Part shown: positions 15,587-24,930 of the stretch, in pieces | How positions within the stretch are numbered: position 1 is the stretch's first letter | How the letters are laid out: every line of letters begins with the position of its first letter | IMG/VR virus record: IMGVR_UViG_3300048577_000041 | Span: 1-37,267 of that record | Direction: 5' to 3' (one strand) | Length of the DNA: 37,267 bases | Origin: a virus | Lineage: Duplodnaviria > Caudoviricetes | The notes under the pieces: generated by a model | The model's database searches: none | Told to the model about the DNA's origin: nothing | The model's input: the letters and a program-made list of their open reading frames with translations, nothing else | Made by a program: the position numbers and the translations under genes

Positions 15587-17009
15587 GCTCCATTTCGCCC
15601 CGCCACTCGGCGTGACGCTGGGCGACGACGCGGCGGATTTCGCGGCGGCGTTCGGGCTGGTGCTCGATCCGTGGCAGCGGACGGTGCTGCGGGACTGGAT
15701 GGGTGTCCAGCGGTCCGGGATCTACCTGTGCAAGACGTGCGGGCTGAGTGTTCCGCGGCAGAACGGCAAGAACGCGATCATCGAGGCGCGCGAGCTGTTC
15801 GGCATGGTGTTGCTGGGTGAGGCGTTCCTGCACACCGCGCACGAGGTCAAGACGGCCCGCAAGGCGTTCCGTCGGCTGAAGCACTTCTTCGGCGAGCAGG
15901 CGAACGACCCGAACGCGAAGTTCCCGGAGCTGAACGCGCTCGTGGTCGAGGTCCGTTCGACGAACGGGCAGGAAGCGATCTACCTGTCGAACGGCGGCCA
16001 GGTCGAGTTCGTGGCCCGGTCGAAGGGGTCGGGTCGCGGATTCACCGTCGATGTGTTGGTGCTGGATGAGGCGCAACATCTGACCGAGGAGGAGCTGGAG
16101 GCGATCCGGCCGGCGATCTCTGCGGCGCCGAAGGGCAACGCGCAGGTGATCTACACCGGTACCCCGCCGGGCCCGAAGGTGTCGGGCGAGGTGTTCAAGC
16201 GCATCCGGCAGTCGTGTCTGGTGCGGCGGGCGAAGCGGCGCTGCTGGCATGAGTGGTCTGCCGACCCGGAGTCTGTCGATCCGGATTCGAAGCGGTGCCT
16301 GCATCAGGCGAACCCGTCGCTGGGCATGTCCCGGCCGGGTGCTCTGCAGATGGATGTGATCCGGGGCGAGCGTGAAGAGCTTTCCCTGGAGGGGTTCCTG
16401 CGGGAGCGTCTGGGCATGTGGGACGAGGGGCACGCGAAGGACGGCGTGATCTCCCTGCTCGCCTGGAACGAGTGCTTGTCGCCGGATCTGGAGATCGACG
16501 GCAAGCCGACGTTGGCGCTGGACGTGTCGCCGATGCTCACCTTTTCGGGGATCGTCGCGGCCGGCCCGGTGCCGGACGGCCGGGTCGGTGTGGAGGTCAC
16601 CTCGGATGGCGAGTCGCTGATCGACTACCGGGAGGGCACCGAGTGGGCGGTCGAACTACTCACCTCCCACGCTGCCGAGGTGTGGATCGCTGCCGGCTCG
16701 GCGGCGGAGACGCTGGCGAAGCGGCTGACCGATGGTGGATGCACGGTGCAGGTAATGCCGCGCGCCGACTACGCGCAGGCGTGCGTGGCTTTCGCTGCCG
16801 GGGTGGCGTCGAAGCGGTGGGCGCACAGGGGCCAGATCGAACTGGACAAGGCCGTGACTGCCGGCGCGAAGCGGGTCGTCGGCGATGAGGGGCTGTGGAC
16901 GTGGGGCCGGGTCCGGTCAACCTCCGACATCACCCTGCTGGTCGCCGCCACCCTGGCCGCGGCAGCCTCCCAGCGGGCCACGTATAGCCCGATGGCGAAC
17001 ATCCTTTGA
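15531..17009 (+). CDS. terL: terminase large subunit
   Basis: LDPWQ, Walker A PRQNGK, Walker B LVLDEAQ, YTGTPP, ANPSLG and FLRERLG. The exact start is uncertain. Confidence 0.95.
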   Translation: MCLSTSKRVSLTELAQAPRLHFAPPLGVTLGDDAADFAAAFGLVLDPWQRTVLRDWMGVQRSGIYLCKTCGLSVPRQNGKNAIIEARELFGMVLLGEAFLHTAHEVKTARKAFRRLKHFFGEQANDPNAKFPELNALVVEVRSTNGQEAIYLSNGGQVEFVARSKGSGRGFTVDVLVLDEAQHLTEEELEAIRPAISAAPKGNAQVIYTGTPPGPKVSGEVFKRIRQSCLVRRAKRRCWHEWSADPESVDPDSKRCLHQANPSLGMSRPGALQMDVIRGEREELSLEGFLRERLGMWDEGHAKDGVISLLAWNECLSPDLEIDGKPTLALDVSPMLTFSGIVAAGPVPDGRVGVEVTSDGESLIDYREGTEWAVELLTSHAAEVWIAAGSAAETLAKRLTDGGCTVQVMPRADYAQACVAFAAGVASKRWAHRGQIELDKAVTAGAKRVVGDEGLWTWGRVRSTSDITLLVAATLAAAASQRATYSPMANIL

Positions 17010-17019
17010 GGAGGCAGCG

Positions 17020-17172
17020 TTGGTTTGGGACATCCTCGAGGCGCTCTCCCTGATTGCGATCGTGGCCGGTGGCTTCCTGCTGTTCGGGCCGCCCGCGCTC
17101 ATCGTCGGTGGCGTGCTGGTGCTGACCCTGTCGTGGCTGGTCAATAGGGGTGTTGGGGGTGGTGAGTTGTGA
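17020..17172 (+). CDS. small membrane protein
   Basis: GAGGAGG RBS, TTG start and two hydrophobic segments. A gene of this kind is common between terL and portal. Confidence 0.7.
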   Translation: MVWDILEALSLIAIVAGGFLLFGPPALIVGGVLVLTLSWLVNRGVGGGEL

Positions 17173-18344
17173 CCTTATTTCGCCCCCACCCCAGGCCTGC
17201 CGTGCGGCGGTCCTTTGAGATGCCTGAGGCCTGGCAGCAGTTCGTGAAGACGAACTATGCGACGGTTGACCCGTCGAAGGGGTTGACTGCGATGCAGTCG
17301 ATCGCGGTCGCATCGACCGCGGACCTCATCGCGTCCCTGGTGTCTGAGCTTCCCGCAGAGGTGATGTCGGGCAAAACCCGGCGTTCGACGCCGTGGAATA
17401 TCGACGATCCTGCCGATAACGGGTCGGGTCGGGAGGACTGGCTCTACCAGCTGGTCATTTCGTGGCTAATCCGCGGCAACGCCTTCGGCCTTGAAACATC
17501 TTGGGATGTCCGCACCGGCCGGGGAATGACTGTGACCTTGCTGTCTCCCGACAAGGTGAAACCCCAGAAGATCAGCGGCGATGTCCACTGGTTTGTGGAA
17601 GGAAAGGAAGTCGTCGGAGAGAAGCTGGCCGAGTTTCGGCACTGGCCGGTCTCCCGACACCCCGGCACCCTGCTCGGCCCGTCCGTCGTCGAGAGGCACG
17701 CCCTCTCCATCGGCATCTCGTTGCGGTCTGCGCAGTTCGGGGACCAGTGGTTCCGTGAGGGAGCGCACCCGTCGTCCGCACTCGTCAACAAGGCGGCGCT
17801 CTCGACCGTTGATGCCGAGACAGCGAAGCGGCGGCTCATCGATGCAACGCATGGCAGCCGGGAACCGCTGGTGCTCGGCGAGGGCTGGACGTTCGAGCAG
17901 ATGCAACTCTCACCCAACGAGTCCCAGTTCCTGGAGACCCAGAAGTACTCGGAGTCTCAATGCGCCCGGATGTTTGGACCGGGGTTTGCGGAGATCCTGG
18001 GATATGAGACTGGCGGGTCGATGACCTACGCGAACGTGGCAGACAGGGATCTCCAGCTTGCGAAGTACTCGTTGAACAAATGGATTCGACGCGCTGAGCG
18101 GGTGTTGACCGGACTGTTGCCGCCATCCACTCAGCGTGTGCAACTGAACCGTGAGGGACTGCTGGAGGCGACAACGCTCCAGCGGTACCAGTCGTATGCC
18201 TCAGCCCTGCAAAACCAGTGGCGCACCGTGAATGAGGTGCGAGCAATTGAAGACCTGCCGCCAGTTCCGTGGGGCGACGTTCCGACGGAACCGAAAACCC
18301 AGACATCGCAAGGGGTGACCAATGGAAACGCTGCCCAATCTTGA
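17169..18344 (+). CDS. portal protein (HK97 family)
   Basis: LIRGNAF, QFLETQK, TYANV and TVNEVRAIEDLPP. Confidence 0.93.
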   Translation: MTLFRPHPRPAVRRSFEMPEAWQQFVKTNYATVDPSKGLTAMQSIAVASTADLIASLVSELPAEVMSGKTRRSTPWNIDDPADNGSGREDWLYQLVISWLIRGNAFGLETSWDVRTGRGMTVTLLSPDKVKPQKISGDVHWFVEGKEVVGEKLAEFRHWPVSRHPGTLLGPSVVERHALSIGISLRSAQFGDQWFREGAHPSSALVNKAALSTVDAETAKRRLIDATHGSREPLVLGEGWTFEQMQLSPNESQFLETQKYSESQCARMFGPGFAEILGYETGGSMTYANVADRDLQLAKYSLNKWIRRAERVLTGLLPPSTQRVQLNREGLLEATTLQRYQSYASALQNQWRTVNEVRAIEDLPPVPWGDVPTEPKTQTSQGVTNGNAAQS

Positions 18345-19140
18345 AGTTGTGCGCGACATCGCTCAGACGGTCCGCACAAAGGCTGCGGAGCCGACCGAGG
18401 GCGCCAGCTCCGTCATGCCGACGATGGAGGTCAGGTTCTCCCGGTATGGCAAGTGGTACGAGATCGATTCGTTCTGGGAAGGCAACTTCATGGAGCGCAC
18501 AGATCTCGGCGCGTTCGCCAAGACGATTGCCGAGTCCCGGTCTCAGATCCGGTCCCTGTTCAACCACGGGTTCGATCCACAGATCGGCCAGAAGGTGCTC
18601 GGCGACATCACTGATCTCCGTGAGGAACCAGACTCCCCGGTGGGTGAAGTGCCGCTGTTCGACACCTCCTACAACCATGATCTCCTGCCCGGCCTCGAGG
18701 CGGGCGTCTACGGATCGTCGATGCGGATGCGGGTCGTGAAGGACGAGTGGAACGACGACCCGGGAATCTCCGAACACAATCCGAAGGGCCTCCCGGAGCG
18801 CACCATCAAAGAGGTCCGGCTGTTCGAATTCGGGCCGGTCACATTCCCGGCGAACCCCGAGTCGACCGCCGGTATCCGCTCCGCCACCGACGACTACTAC
18901 ACCGAACTGCGCTCCCGCGACCCTGAGAAGGTCGCCGAGCTGATGCGCAGCCGTGACTCCCTGATCTCACTCCACCGTCTCGAGCAGCCGGCCCCGGCCA
19001 CTGTCGAGGATGAACGAGCCGAGAAACCCGCCGCCGAGCCGGACGCGCCCCACGACGAGGGCGCTGCACCACTCGTGGGCCTGACCCCTGGCGCTCGCCG
19101 TGAGCGCCTCCACCCCTTCCTGAAAGGAAGTGCAGCATGA
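18322..19140 (+). CDS. prohead protease (HK97 family)
   Basis: GAFAKTI, LFNHG, GSSMRM and EVRLFEFGPVTFPA. Confidence 0.9.
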   Translation: METLPNLEVVRDIAQTVRTKAAEPTEGASSVMPTMEVRFSRYGKWYEIDSFWEGNFMERTDLGAFAKTIAESRSQIRSLFNHGFDPQIGQKVLGDITDLREEPDSPVGEVPLFDTSYNHDLLPGLEAGVYGSSMRMRVVKDEWNDDPGISEHNPKGLPERTIKEVRLFEFGPVTFPANPESTAGIRSATDDYYTELRSRDPEKVAELMRSRDSLISLHRLEQPAPATVEDERAEKPAAEPDAPHDEGAAPLVGLTPGARRERLHPFLKGSAA

Positions 19141-20564
19141 CCGTCAACATTGACGTGATGCGGGCTCGGCTCGACGAGATCGAGAACTCCGAGCTTCGCG
19201 CCATCCATGAGGAGGCCGGCGACGCCGACTTCGACGAGGATCAGCAGGCTCGCTGGGACACTCTCGAATCCGAGGCTTCCGAGATCCGCACCAACATCGC
19301 CGCCGAGGAGGCTGCCCGCGCCAGGGCCGCTGCCCGAGCCGAGCAGGTCAAGCGGTGGGGTGGGGTCCAGATCACCCCGACCGCCGAGGCAGATCCGTTC
19401 GACCTGAGCGACATCCGAAGCCTGACCGCAGCGGACCTGATCGAGCGCGCCAAGCGCGGGTTCGACCCGGACAAGATCCGCGGCTCCCAGCATGACGGTG
19501 CCGCCGAGGTGCTGCGGAAGGTTGAGGATTTCGCCGACCGCAACCTGTACGACGAGTCCAACACGGAGGGCGCCGACCTGGCCCGCTACGTGCTGGTCCA
19601 CGGATCGCCCGCCTACCGGTCGGCGTTCACCGCGTGGATCAAGGCCGCCGCCAAGGGCAACGCCGCGGTCCTCACCGAGCAGGAGGCGGAGGCTGTCCGG
19701 GCATCCATGTCGCTGACCTCAGCGAACGGCGGCTATGCCCTGCCGACGCTGTTCGACCCGACGCTCATCATGACGGGTGCGATGACCAAGAACCCGATCC
19801 GGCGGATCTCCCGCGTCGAGCAGGGCGCGCAGGACAAGTGGAACGGCGTCACCGTCTCCAACGTGACCACCTACTGGAAGGGTGAGAACGCGGCGTTCAC
19901 CGACGGCTCCCCGACCACGGGCACGGTGCAGATCGACGCTGGCATGCTGACCGCCTACGTGACCGGCTCCTACGAGATCTTCCAGGACTCGGACCTGCTG
20001 GCCCAGCTGCCCGGCGTGATCGGCCAGTCGATCGACATGGCCGAAGGTGTCGCCTTCGCGTCCGGCTCCGGTTCGGACGCCCCTCTGGGCATCGTCACCG
20101 CCGTGTCCGGCACCGCCGGCTCGCTGGTCACCTGCACCACCCGGGGAACGTTCACCTCCGCCTCCGGGCAGGACACCCTCAACCTGTTCGGCTCCCTGCC
20201 GTCCCGGTACGAGGACACGTCCAAGTGGGTCATGAACAAGCTGACCTACCTGACCATCGCGCAGCAGACTTTCGGCACGTCCGGAGGCAAGATCATCGAC
20301 ATGACGAACCAGAACGTCATCCTCGACTCCGAGGTGGTTCGGGCGTCCTCGATGGCGTCGGCGACCACGTCGGGCAACATCCTCGCGGTGCTGGGTGACT
20401 TCAGCCAGTACATCATCTACGACCGGATCGGGGTGAACGTCGAGTTCATCCAGAACGTCACGAACTCCAGTGGCGTGCCGCTGGGGCAGCGTGGTCTGGT
20501 CGCCTACAAGAGGGTCGGCGCGAAGCCGTCGGACCTCGACGCGTTCCGTCTGCTGAAGGCGTGA
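19137..20564 (+). CDS. major capsid protein (HK97 fold with delta domain)
   Basis: Coiled-coil N-terminus, GGYALP, and GDFSQYIIYDRIG...GQRG...YKRVG. Confidence 0.95.
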   Translation: MTVNIDVMRARLDEIENSELRAIHEEAGDADFDEDQQARWDTLESEASEIRTNIAAEEAARARAAARAEQVKRWGGVQITPTAEADPFDLSDIRSLTAADLIERAKRGFDPDKIRGSQHDGAAEVLRKVEDFADRNLYDESNTEGADLARYVLVHGSPAYRSAFTAWIKAAAKGNAAVLTEQEAEAVRASMSLTSANGGYALPTLFDPTLIMTGAMTKNPIRRISRVEQGAQDKWNGVTVSNVTTYWKGENAAFTDGSPTTGTVQIDAGMLTAYVTGSYEIFQDSDLLAQLPGVIGQSIDMAEGVAFASGSGSDAPLGIVTAVSGTAGSLVTCTTRGTFTSASGQDTLNLFGSLPSRYEDTSKWVMNKLTYLTIAQQTFGTSGGKIIDMTNQNVILDSEVVRASSMASATTSGNILAVLGDFSQYIIYDRIGVNVEFIQNVTNSSGVPLGQRGLVAYKRVGAKPSDLDAFRLLKA

Positions 20565-20595
20565 ACCCCGGGCAGGCGGCCTAAGCAACCGTCGA

Positions 20596-20631
20596 GAAGG
20601 CCCCGGACTCCCTCTGTGGTCCGGGGCCTTC
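20596..20631 (+). terminator. stem-loop after capsid gene
   Basis: Perfect 13-bp inverted repeat GAAGGCCCCGGAC / GTCCGGGGCCTTC. Confidence 0.6.
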
Positions 20632-20674
20632 GCCCACCTGCCAGCAGAGGGACCACCCACAGAGAGGGCTCGAC

Positions 20675-20884
20675 ATGGCCGAGCAACTGACACTCATCAT
20701 CGCCGTCCCCGTCGGCAGTCCGGCACCACAGCGCCTCGCTGAGGTGGAGGCCGCGAGCATCCTGATGCGAGAAGACCTGCGCTGGGTCAGCACGCCGACC
20801 TATGGCGGTTTCGTCCGCCACGACGACCGGGACTGGCACCGCTGGACTGTCACCGCGCACGCTGCCGGGGACGTGATCCGGTGA
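20675..20884 (+). CDS. hypothetical protein
   Basis: GAGAGGG RBS and GTGA overlap with the next gene. Confidence 0.55.
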   Translation: MAEQLTLIIAVPVGSPAPQRLAEVEAASILMREDLRWVSTPTYGGFVRHDDRDWHRWTVTAHAAGDVIR

Positions 20885-21633
20885 GCCGCAAGACCACGAA
20901 GCCGACCACGGGTTCGGGTCACATTCCGGGTGTAGTGCTCGCGTACATCCACCCCGGCGAGGTCTCGGCCTACTTCACCGAATCCTTGATCACCACCCTG
21001 CTGACCGACTTCGCCCGGCCGAAGCGCCGCATCGTCAACATCATGCAGGAATGGTCGTCCGCGAACGTCTCCGAGGCCCGCAACACCGTCACAGCCCGCT
21101 TCCTCGACTCCCGCACCCCGGATGGACGCACGGTCGGCGACTGGTTGCTGTGGGTCGACGCCGACATGCAGTGGGAGCCGTCCGCGCTCGACCTGCTGAT
21201 GGACAGCGCCGACCCGAAGTCCCGGCCCGTTATGGGTGGCCTGTGCTTCGGGATGAGCAAGGACAAGCTGGTGCCGACCATCTACCAGTTCGTCCGCACC
21301 GATGACGGAGAGTTCACCACTTACCGGGTGGGCGACTACCCGCCGGATCAGGTGGTGCAGTGCGCCGCCACCGGTGCAGCCTTCCTGCTGATCCACCGGT
21401 CCGTGCTGAAGGGGATCCGCACCCACGGCTTCAACCAGGCGTTCCCTTGGTTCCAGGAGACGCAACTCGGTCCCCGGCCAGTCGGTGAGGACATCACCTT
21501 CTGTCTGCGTGCCGGCCAACTGGGCTACCCCATCCACGTCGACACCCGGGCGAAGATCGGGCACCACAAGTCTGCGCTCCTCACCGAGTCGCGGTACTTG
21601 GCCGAACGCGAGGAGGAGGTGCGCGATGGCTGA
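20881..21633 (+). CDS. glycosyltransferase (GT-A/GT2-like)
   Basis: ARN, DWLLWVDADM (DxD), ATGAAFLLIHRSV, GEDITFC.RA...G..IHVDT..IGHHK. Confidence 0.85.
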   Translation: MSRKTTKPTTGSGHIPGVVLAYIHPGEVSAYFTESLITTLLTDFARPKRRIVNIMQEWSSANVSEARNTVTARFLDSRTPDGRTVGDWLLWVDADMQWEPSALDLLMDSADPKSRPVMGGLCFGMSKDKLVPTIYQFVRTDDGEFTTYRVGDYPPDQVVQCAATGAAFLLIHRSVLKGIRTHGFNQAFPWFQETQLGPRPVGEDITFCLRAGQLGYPIHVDTRAKIGHHKSALLTESRYLAEREEEVRDG

Positions 21634-22138
21634 CCTGCTCACCCTGGCCCAGGCGCGGAACGCGTTGGACTGGAAGTCCGGCCAGAACCCCGACCGGGAC
21701 GCCGAACTGGCCGACGACTACCTGCCTGCGGTCACGAGCCTGATCGAACGCCGCTGCGGCAGGATGGCCGACCGGCGCGAAACGTGGACCAGCGACGACC
21801 CGTCCCCGATCACCACCCCGTGGCCGTCCGCCACCATCAAGTCAGTGACCGCCGGCACGGCCCGACTGACCAGCTGGACCTTCAGCGCCGGGGTGCTCAC
21901 CATCACCGACCCGGCCTACACCCCCGGCTCCTTGGTGACGGTCGTGGCCGGCGGACTGCCCGTCCCGCCGGACGTCCTGCTGGTGGCCCGCCGGGTTCTG
22001 AAGCGGGCATGGAACGCCGACCGTCAGGGTGTCGGCCAAGGTGGCCGTAGCGGTGCCGCGCAGACACCGCGGGTCACCCTCACCGAAGACGACCTGACCA
22101 CCCTCAACCCGTACCTGCTGATCGGCGGCTTCGCGTGA
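21626..22138 (+). CDS. head-to-tail adaptor
   Basis: GGAGGAGG RBS. LLTLAQAR..L...D.EL..YL.A....IERRCG is a gp6/gp15-like pattern. Confidence 0.75.
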   Translation: MADLLTLAQARNALDWKSGQNPDRDAELADDYLPAVTSLIERRCGRMADRRETWTSDDPSPITTPWPSATIKSVTAGTARLTSWTFSAGVLTITDPAYTPGSLVTVVAGGLPVPPDVLLVARRVLKRAWNADRQGVGQGGRSGAAQTPRVTLTEDDLTTLNPYLLIGGFA

Positions 22139-22614
22139 GTGCCGTCCCCGCCATCCGCCGGGCCCTCATCGGCCTGCTGGGCGGCCTGTACCGGGACGCG
22201 CAGGTCACCTACGGCCCGCCGGTCCAGCTCGCCGCCCGGATGGCCTACATCAACGCTGCCCGGATCCCCACCAACATCCAGCCCACCACCTCAGGCGGGC
22301 CGCGCCGCAGCCGCGACGAGACCGCCGAGGTGGACGTGGTGCTGTCCTGCTTCCGCCCCGGCGACACCGCGTCGGTCGACGACGCGCAGCAGCAGGTGTC
22401 CGACGACGCGTGGGCCATGTACGCCACGCTCGAGAACCACTTCCGGTCCCGGGACGCCGCACCTTTGACCCCGGCGAGCCGGGACGCGATCGCCGACCAC
22501 GCCGACGAGCAGATCTATCCGGCGATCGACACCGACGAAGACGGTACCGAGGTCACGATCGGCTGGATCTGCGACATCACCGTCACCGTCACCACCACCA
22601 CACGACTCGCCTGA
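22135..22614 (+). CDS. tail terminator / neck protein
   Basis: Position and size; GTGA overlap. Confidence 0.6.
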   Translation: MSAVPAIRRALIGLLGGLYRDAQVTYGPPVQLAARMAYINAARIPTNIQPTTSGGPRRSRDETAEVDVVLSCFRPGDTASVDDAQQQVSDDAWAMYATLENHFRSRDAAPLTPASRDAIADHADEQIYPAIDTDEDGTEVTIGWICDITVTVTTTTRLA

Positions 22615-22624
22615 GGAGACCGCT

Positions 22625-22801
22625 GTGCAGATCCGCAACATCCATCCGTCCGGCGACATCACCGTGATCATCCCCGGCAGTCCGCCCCGCCAGATCGACG
22701 TCCCCGCCGGCGGTGTGTTCGACGCGACCGAAGCGGAGGCTGCCGCCCTGCTCTGCACCGACAACTTCGAGGCGGTCAAGCCCGCCAGCAAGAAGGAGTG
22801 A
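22625..22801 (+). CDS. small hypothetical virion-region protein (58 aa, not in ORF track)
   Basis: GAGGAG RBS and GTG start. VQIRNIHPSGDITV...DVPAGGVFD..EA.AAALL..DNFEAV fills the gap exactly. Confidence 0.65.
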   Translation: MQIRNIHPSGDITVIIPGSPPRQIDVPAGGVFDATEAEAAALLCTDNFEAVKPASKKE

Positions 22802-22804
22802 CCG

Positions 22805-23815
22805 ATGGCCACCACACTGGACCGCGCCTACATCCTCTCCGAGGAAGCCACCTACGGCGCCTACGCGTCCGGGTCGGCCCGGGCTGTCGAGTTCCTGGAC
22901 TCCGACACCAGCATGAATCCTGAGCCGACCATCGTGCAGGGGCAGGGTGTGCGGGCCGGGGCGCTGCTGCCGGACGGGTCCCGGTCGGTGCTGGTGAAGC
23001 AGGACTACCCGGGCGGCCTCGGCTTCGAGGTGCTGCCGAAGGGGCAGGGGCTGCTGTGGAAGTGGCTGCTCGGCGCGTCGGTGTCGACGCTGGTGTCCGG
23101 CGCCACCTACCAGCAGGTGCACACGATGGCCGCCCAGCTCGCCAGCTTCACGGTGCAGGAGCAGTGGTACACGGTCGGCGGCGACACTTCCGATGTCTTC
23201 ACCGCGCTCGTCAACTCGTACCTCGGCTGTATGTTCACCGACTGGGAGCTGACGATGGGGGCCGAGCTGGCCGCCGTCAAGGCGTCTATCAACGGCCGTG
23301 CTCTCGATACCGCACAGGCGGCGGTGCCAGTGGTGCTGCCGTCCACCGTCACCGCACCGCTGGGTAGGGGCACCCTGAGTATCTACTCGGGCGTGCTGAC
23401 GCTTGCCACCGCGACTGCGCTCGCCTCGGCCGCCACCCCGCTGGGTGGGGTTGAGCAGGTGGTGGTGAAGTGCAACAACAGCCTGAACGTGGAGCGTCCC
23501 GGCCAGTCTGGCCTGAAGGGCAAGCCGGTCCCGCAGATGCGGGAGCTGTCGGTGACCGCGACGGTGGAGCACCGGGACGGCACCTGGTACGCGGCTCAGG
23601 CGGCGCAGACGCCGGTGTCGCTGCTCACCGACTACTCGGGCCGGACGCTGGATGCCGGCACCGAGAGGTTCCAGGTGGCGCTGTCGGATCTGCGGGTGAC
23701 GAAGATCACCAAGAAGGTCGAGTCCGGCATGCCGAAGCTCGACCTCGAGCTGTCCGGCAAGCAGGCCACCACTCCCCTTCAGGTCGTGATCCGCACTTCC
23801 GACACCGCCATCTAG
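22805..23815 (+). CDS. major tail (tube) protein
   Basis: E.TYG N-terminus, SFTVQ and YLGC. Lies upstream of the chaperone and tape measure genes. Confidence 0.8.
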   Translation: MATTLDRAYILSEEATYGAYASGSARAVEFLDSDTSMNPEPTIVQGQGVRAGALLPDGSRSVLVKQDYPGGLGFEVLPKGQGLLWKWLLGASVSTLVSGATYQQVHTMAAQLASFTVQEQWYTVGGDTSDVFTALVNSYLGCMFTDWELTMGAELAAVKASINGRALDTAQAAVPVVLPSTVTAPLGRGTLSIYSGVLTLATATALASAATPLGGVEQVVVKCNNSLNVERPGQSGLKGKPVPQMRELSVTATVEHRDGTWYAAQAAQTPVSLLTDYSGRTLDAGTERFQVALSDLRVTKITKKVESGMPKLDLELSGKQATTPLQVVIRTSDTAI

Positions 23816-23823
23816 GAGAGACG

Positions 23824-24315
23824 GTGGCCGGGCTGCGGATCGAGGCCGACGACTACCAGCGATTCTTCACCGCCACGAAGGCGATGTCGGGACGGCTGCG
23901 GTCCCAGATCCGCAAGAGGGTCCGTGATTCCGGCCGTAGGTACGGGCCCGACATCGTCGCTGAGGGCGCCGAGGGCCTCCCTCATCGGGGTGGACTATCG
24001 GCGCATGTGGCCGCGAAGGGCCGCAACCCCACTGTGGGTCTCACATCGACCGGTGCCCGGCTGATGCTCGGCAAGAAGAAGGGCCCGCAGATCGGTCGGA
24101 TGAACTCCGGCCAACTGCGCCACCCCGTCTTCTACGTGTGGTGGAAGAAGGGCGAGACCGCGGTTCTGTCGGTGCCCGGGGACCGGAAGACGTGGAAATG
24201 GGTGCAGCAGGACATCACCCCCGACACCTTCACCCAGGCGGCTGAGAAGCGGCTGCCGGAGATCCGTGACGATGTGGCCGCCGAGGTGCGGGCCGTACTG
24301 AGGGAGCTGGGCTGA
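23824..24315 (+). CDS. tail completion / HK97 gp10-like protein
   Basis: AGGAG RBS and GTG 23824. Basic protein with G.LRHPVF...WV.Q. Confidence 0.65.
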   Translation: MAGLRIEADDYQRFFTATKAMSGRLRSQIRKRVRDSGRRYGPDIVAEGAEGLPHRGGLSAHVAAKGRNPTVGLTSTGARLMLGKKKGPQIGRMNSGQLRHPVFYVWWKKGETAVLSVPGDRKTWKWVQQDITPDTFTQAAEKRLPEIRDDVAAEVRAVLRELG

Positions 24316-24316
24316 C

Positions 24317-24730
24317 ATGCTGATCGAGATCGACGGCCGCCGGTATCCGGTCAAGCGGATCGAGGATCTGGAGCTGCGGCACATCGCCGCACTGCAGCAC
24401 GAACTCGCGTCCGAGGACCTGCGGCGGGTCACGTCGCTGCGGACGCTGGCCGAGATCGAGAAGGCGCTCGCCGCGTGGGGAAGCCTGAAGCCTGCTGAGC
24501 GAAAGCTGTCGCCCGAAGGGCTGTTCCTCACATGCTTCACGGTGTGGGCGGCACGCGTGCTGGCCGGGGAGAGCCTGACCCTGGTGGAGGCGATCAGCGT
24601 CCCGGCGAAGTCGCTGCGGATGATCGAGGAGCCGGGCGACCGTCAGGCCGGTGAGGGGCAGGGAAAAGCGCGGAAGCGCCCCTCCGGCTCGGGGGGCGCA
24701 CGGCGTCACGGGGCGAAGCGCCGCAAGTAG
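24317..24730 (+). CDS. tail assembly chaperone (G)
   Basis: Upstream of the tape measure gene, with a slippery GGGAAAA near its 3' end. Confidence 0.8.
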   Translation: MLIEIDGRRYPVKRIEDLELRHIAALQHELASEDLRRVTSLRTLAEIEKALAAWGSLKPAERKLSPEGLFLTCFTVWAARVLAGESLTLVEAISVPAKSLRMIEEPGDRQAGEGQGKARKRPSGSGGARRHGAKRRK

Positions 24731-24930
24731 TCCCCGACGACATCGAGGCCGAGGTTCACCGGCGGATCGTTCCGCTTTCCCATCTGGTGCCGTCCGTGTC
24801 GTGGTGGTCGGTGTGGACCCTGCCGCTGTTCGTGTGGCGCGGCTACGCCGCCTACGTCGATTCGTGGGTGCAGGCCAGGGAGCGGGAGTCCGCAGAAGCA
24901 GACCGGATAAGGAGGGCGCATGGCCGATGA
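24661..24930 (+). other. -1 programmed frameshift site G GGA AAA and GT chaperone extension
   Basis: In-frame X XXY YYZ at 24661-24667. The -1 frame stays open to TGA 24928-24930 (VPDDIEAEVHRRIVPLSHLVP..WWSVWTLP). Confidence 0.85.
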
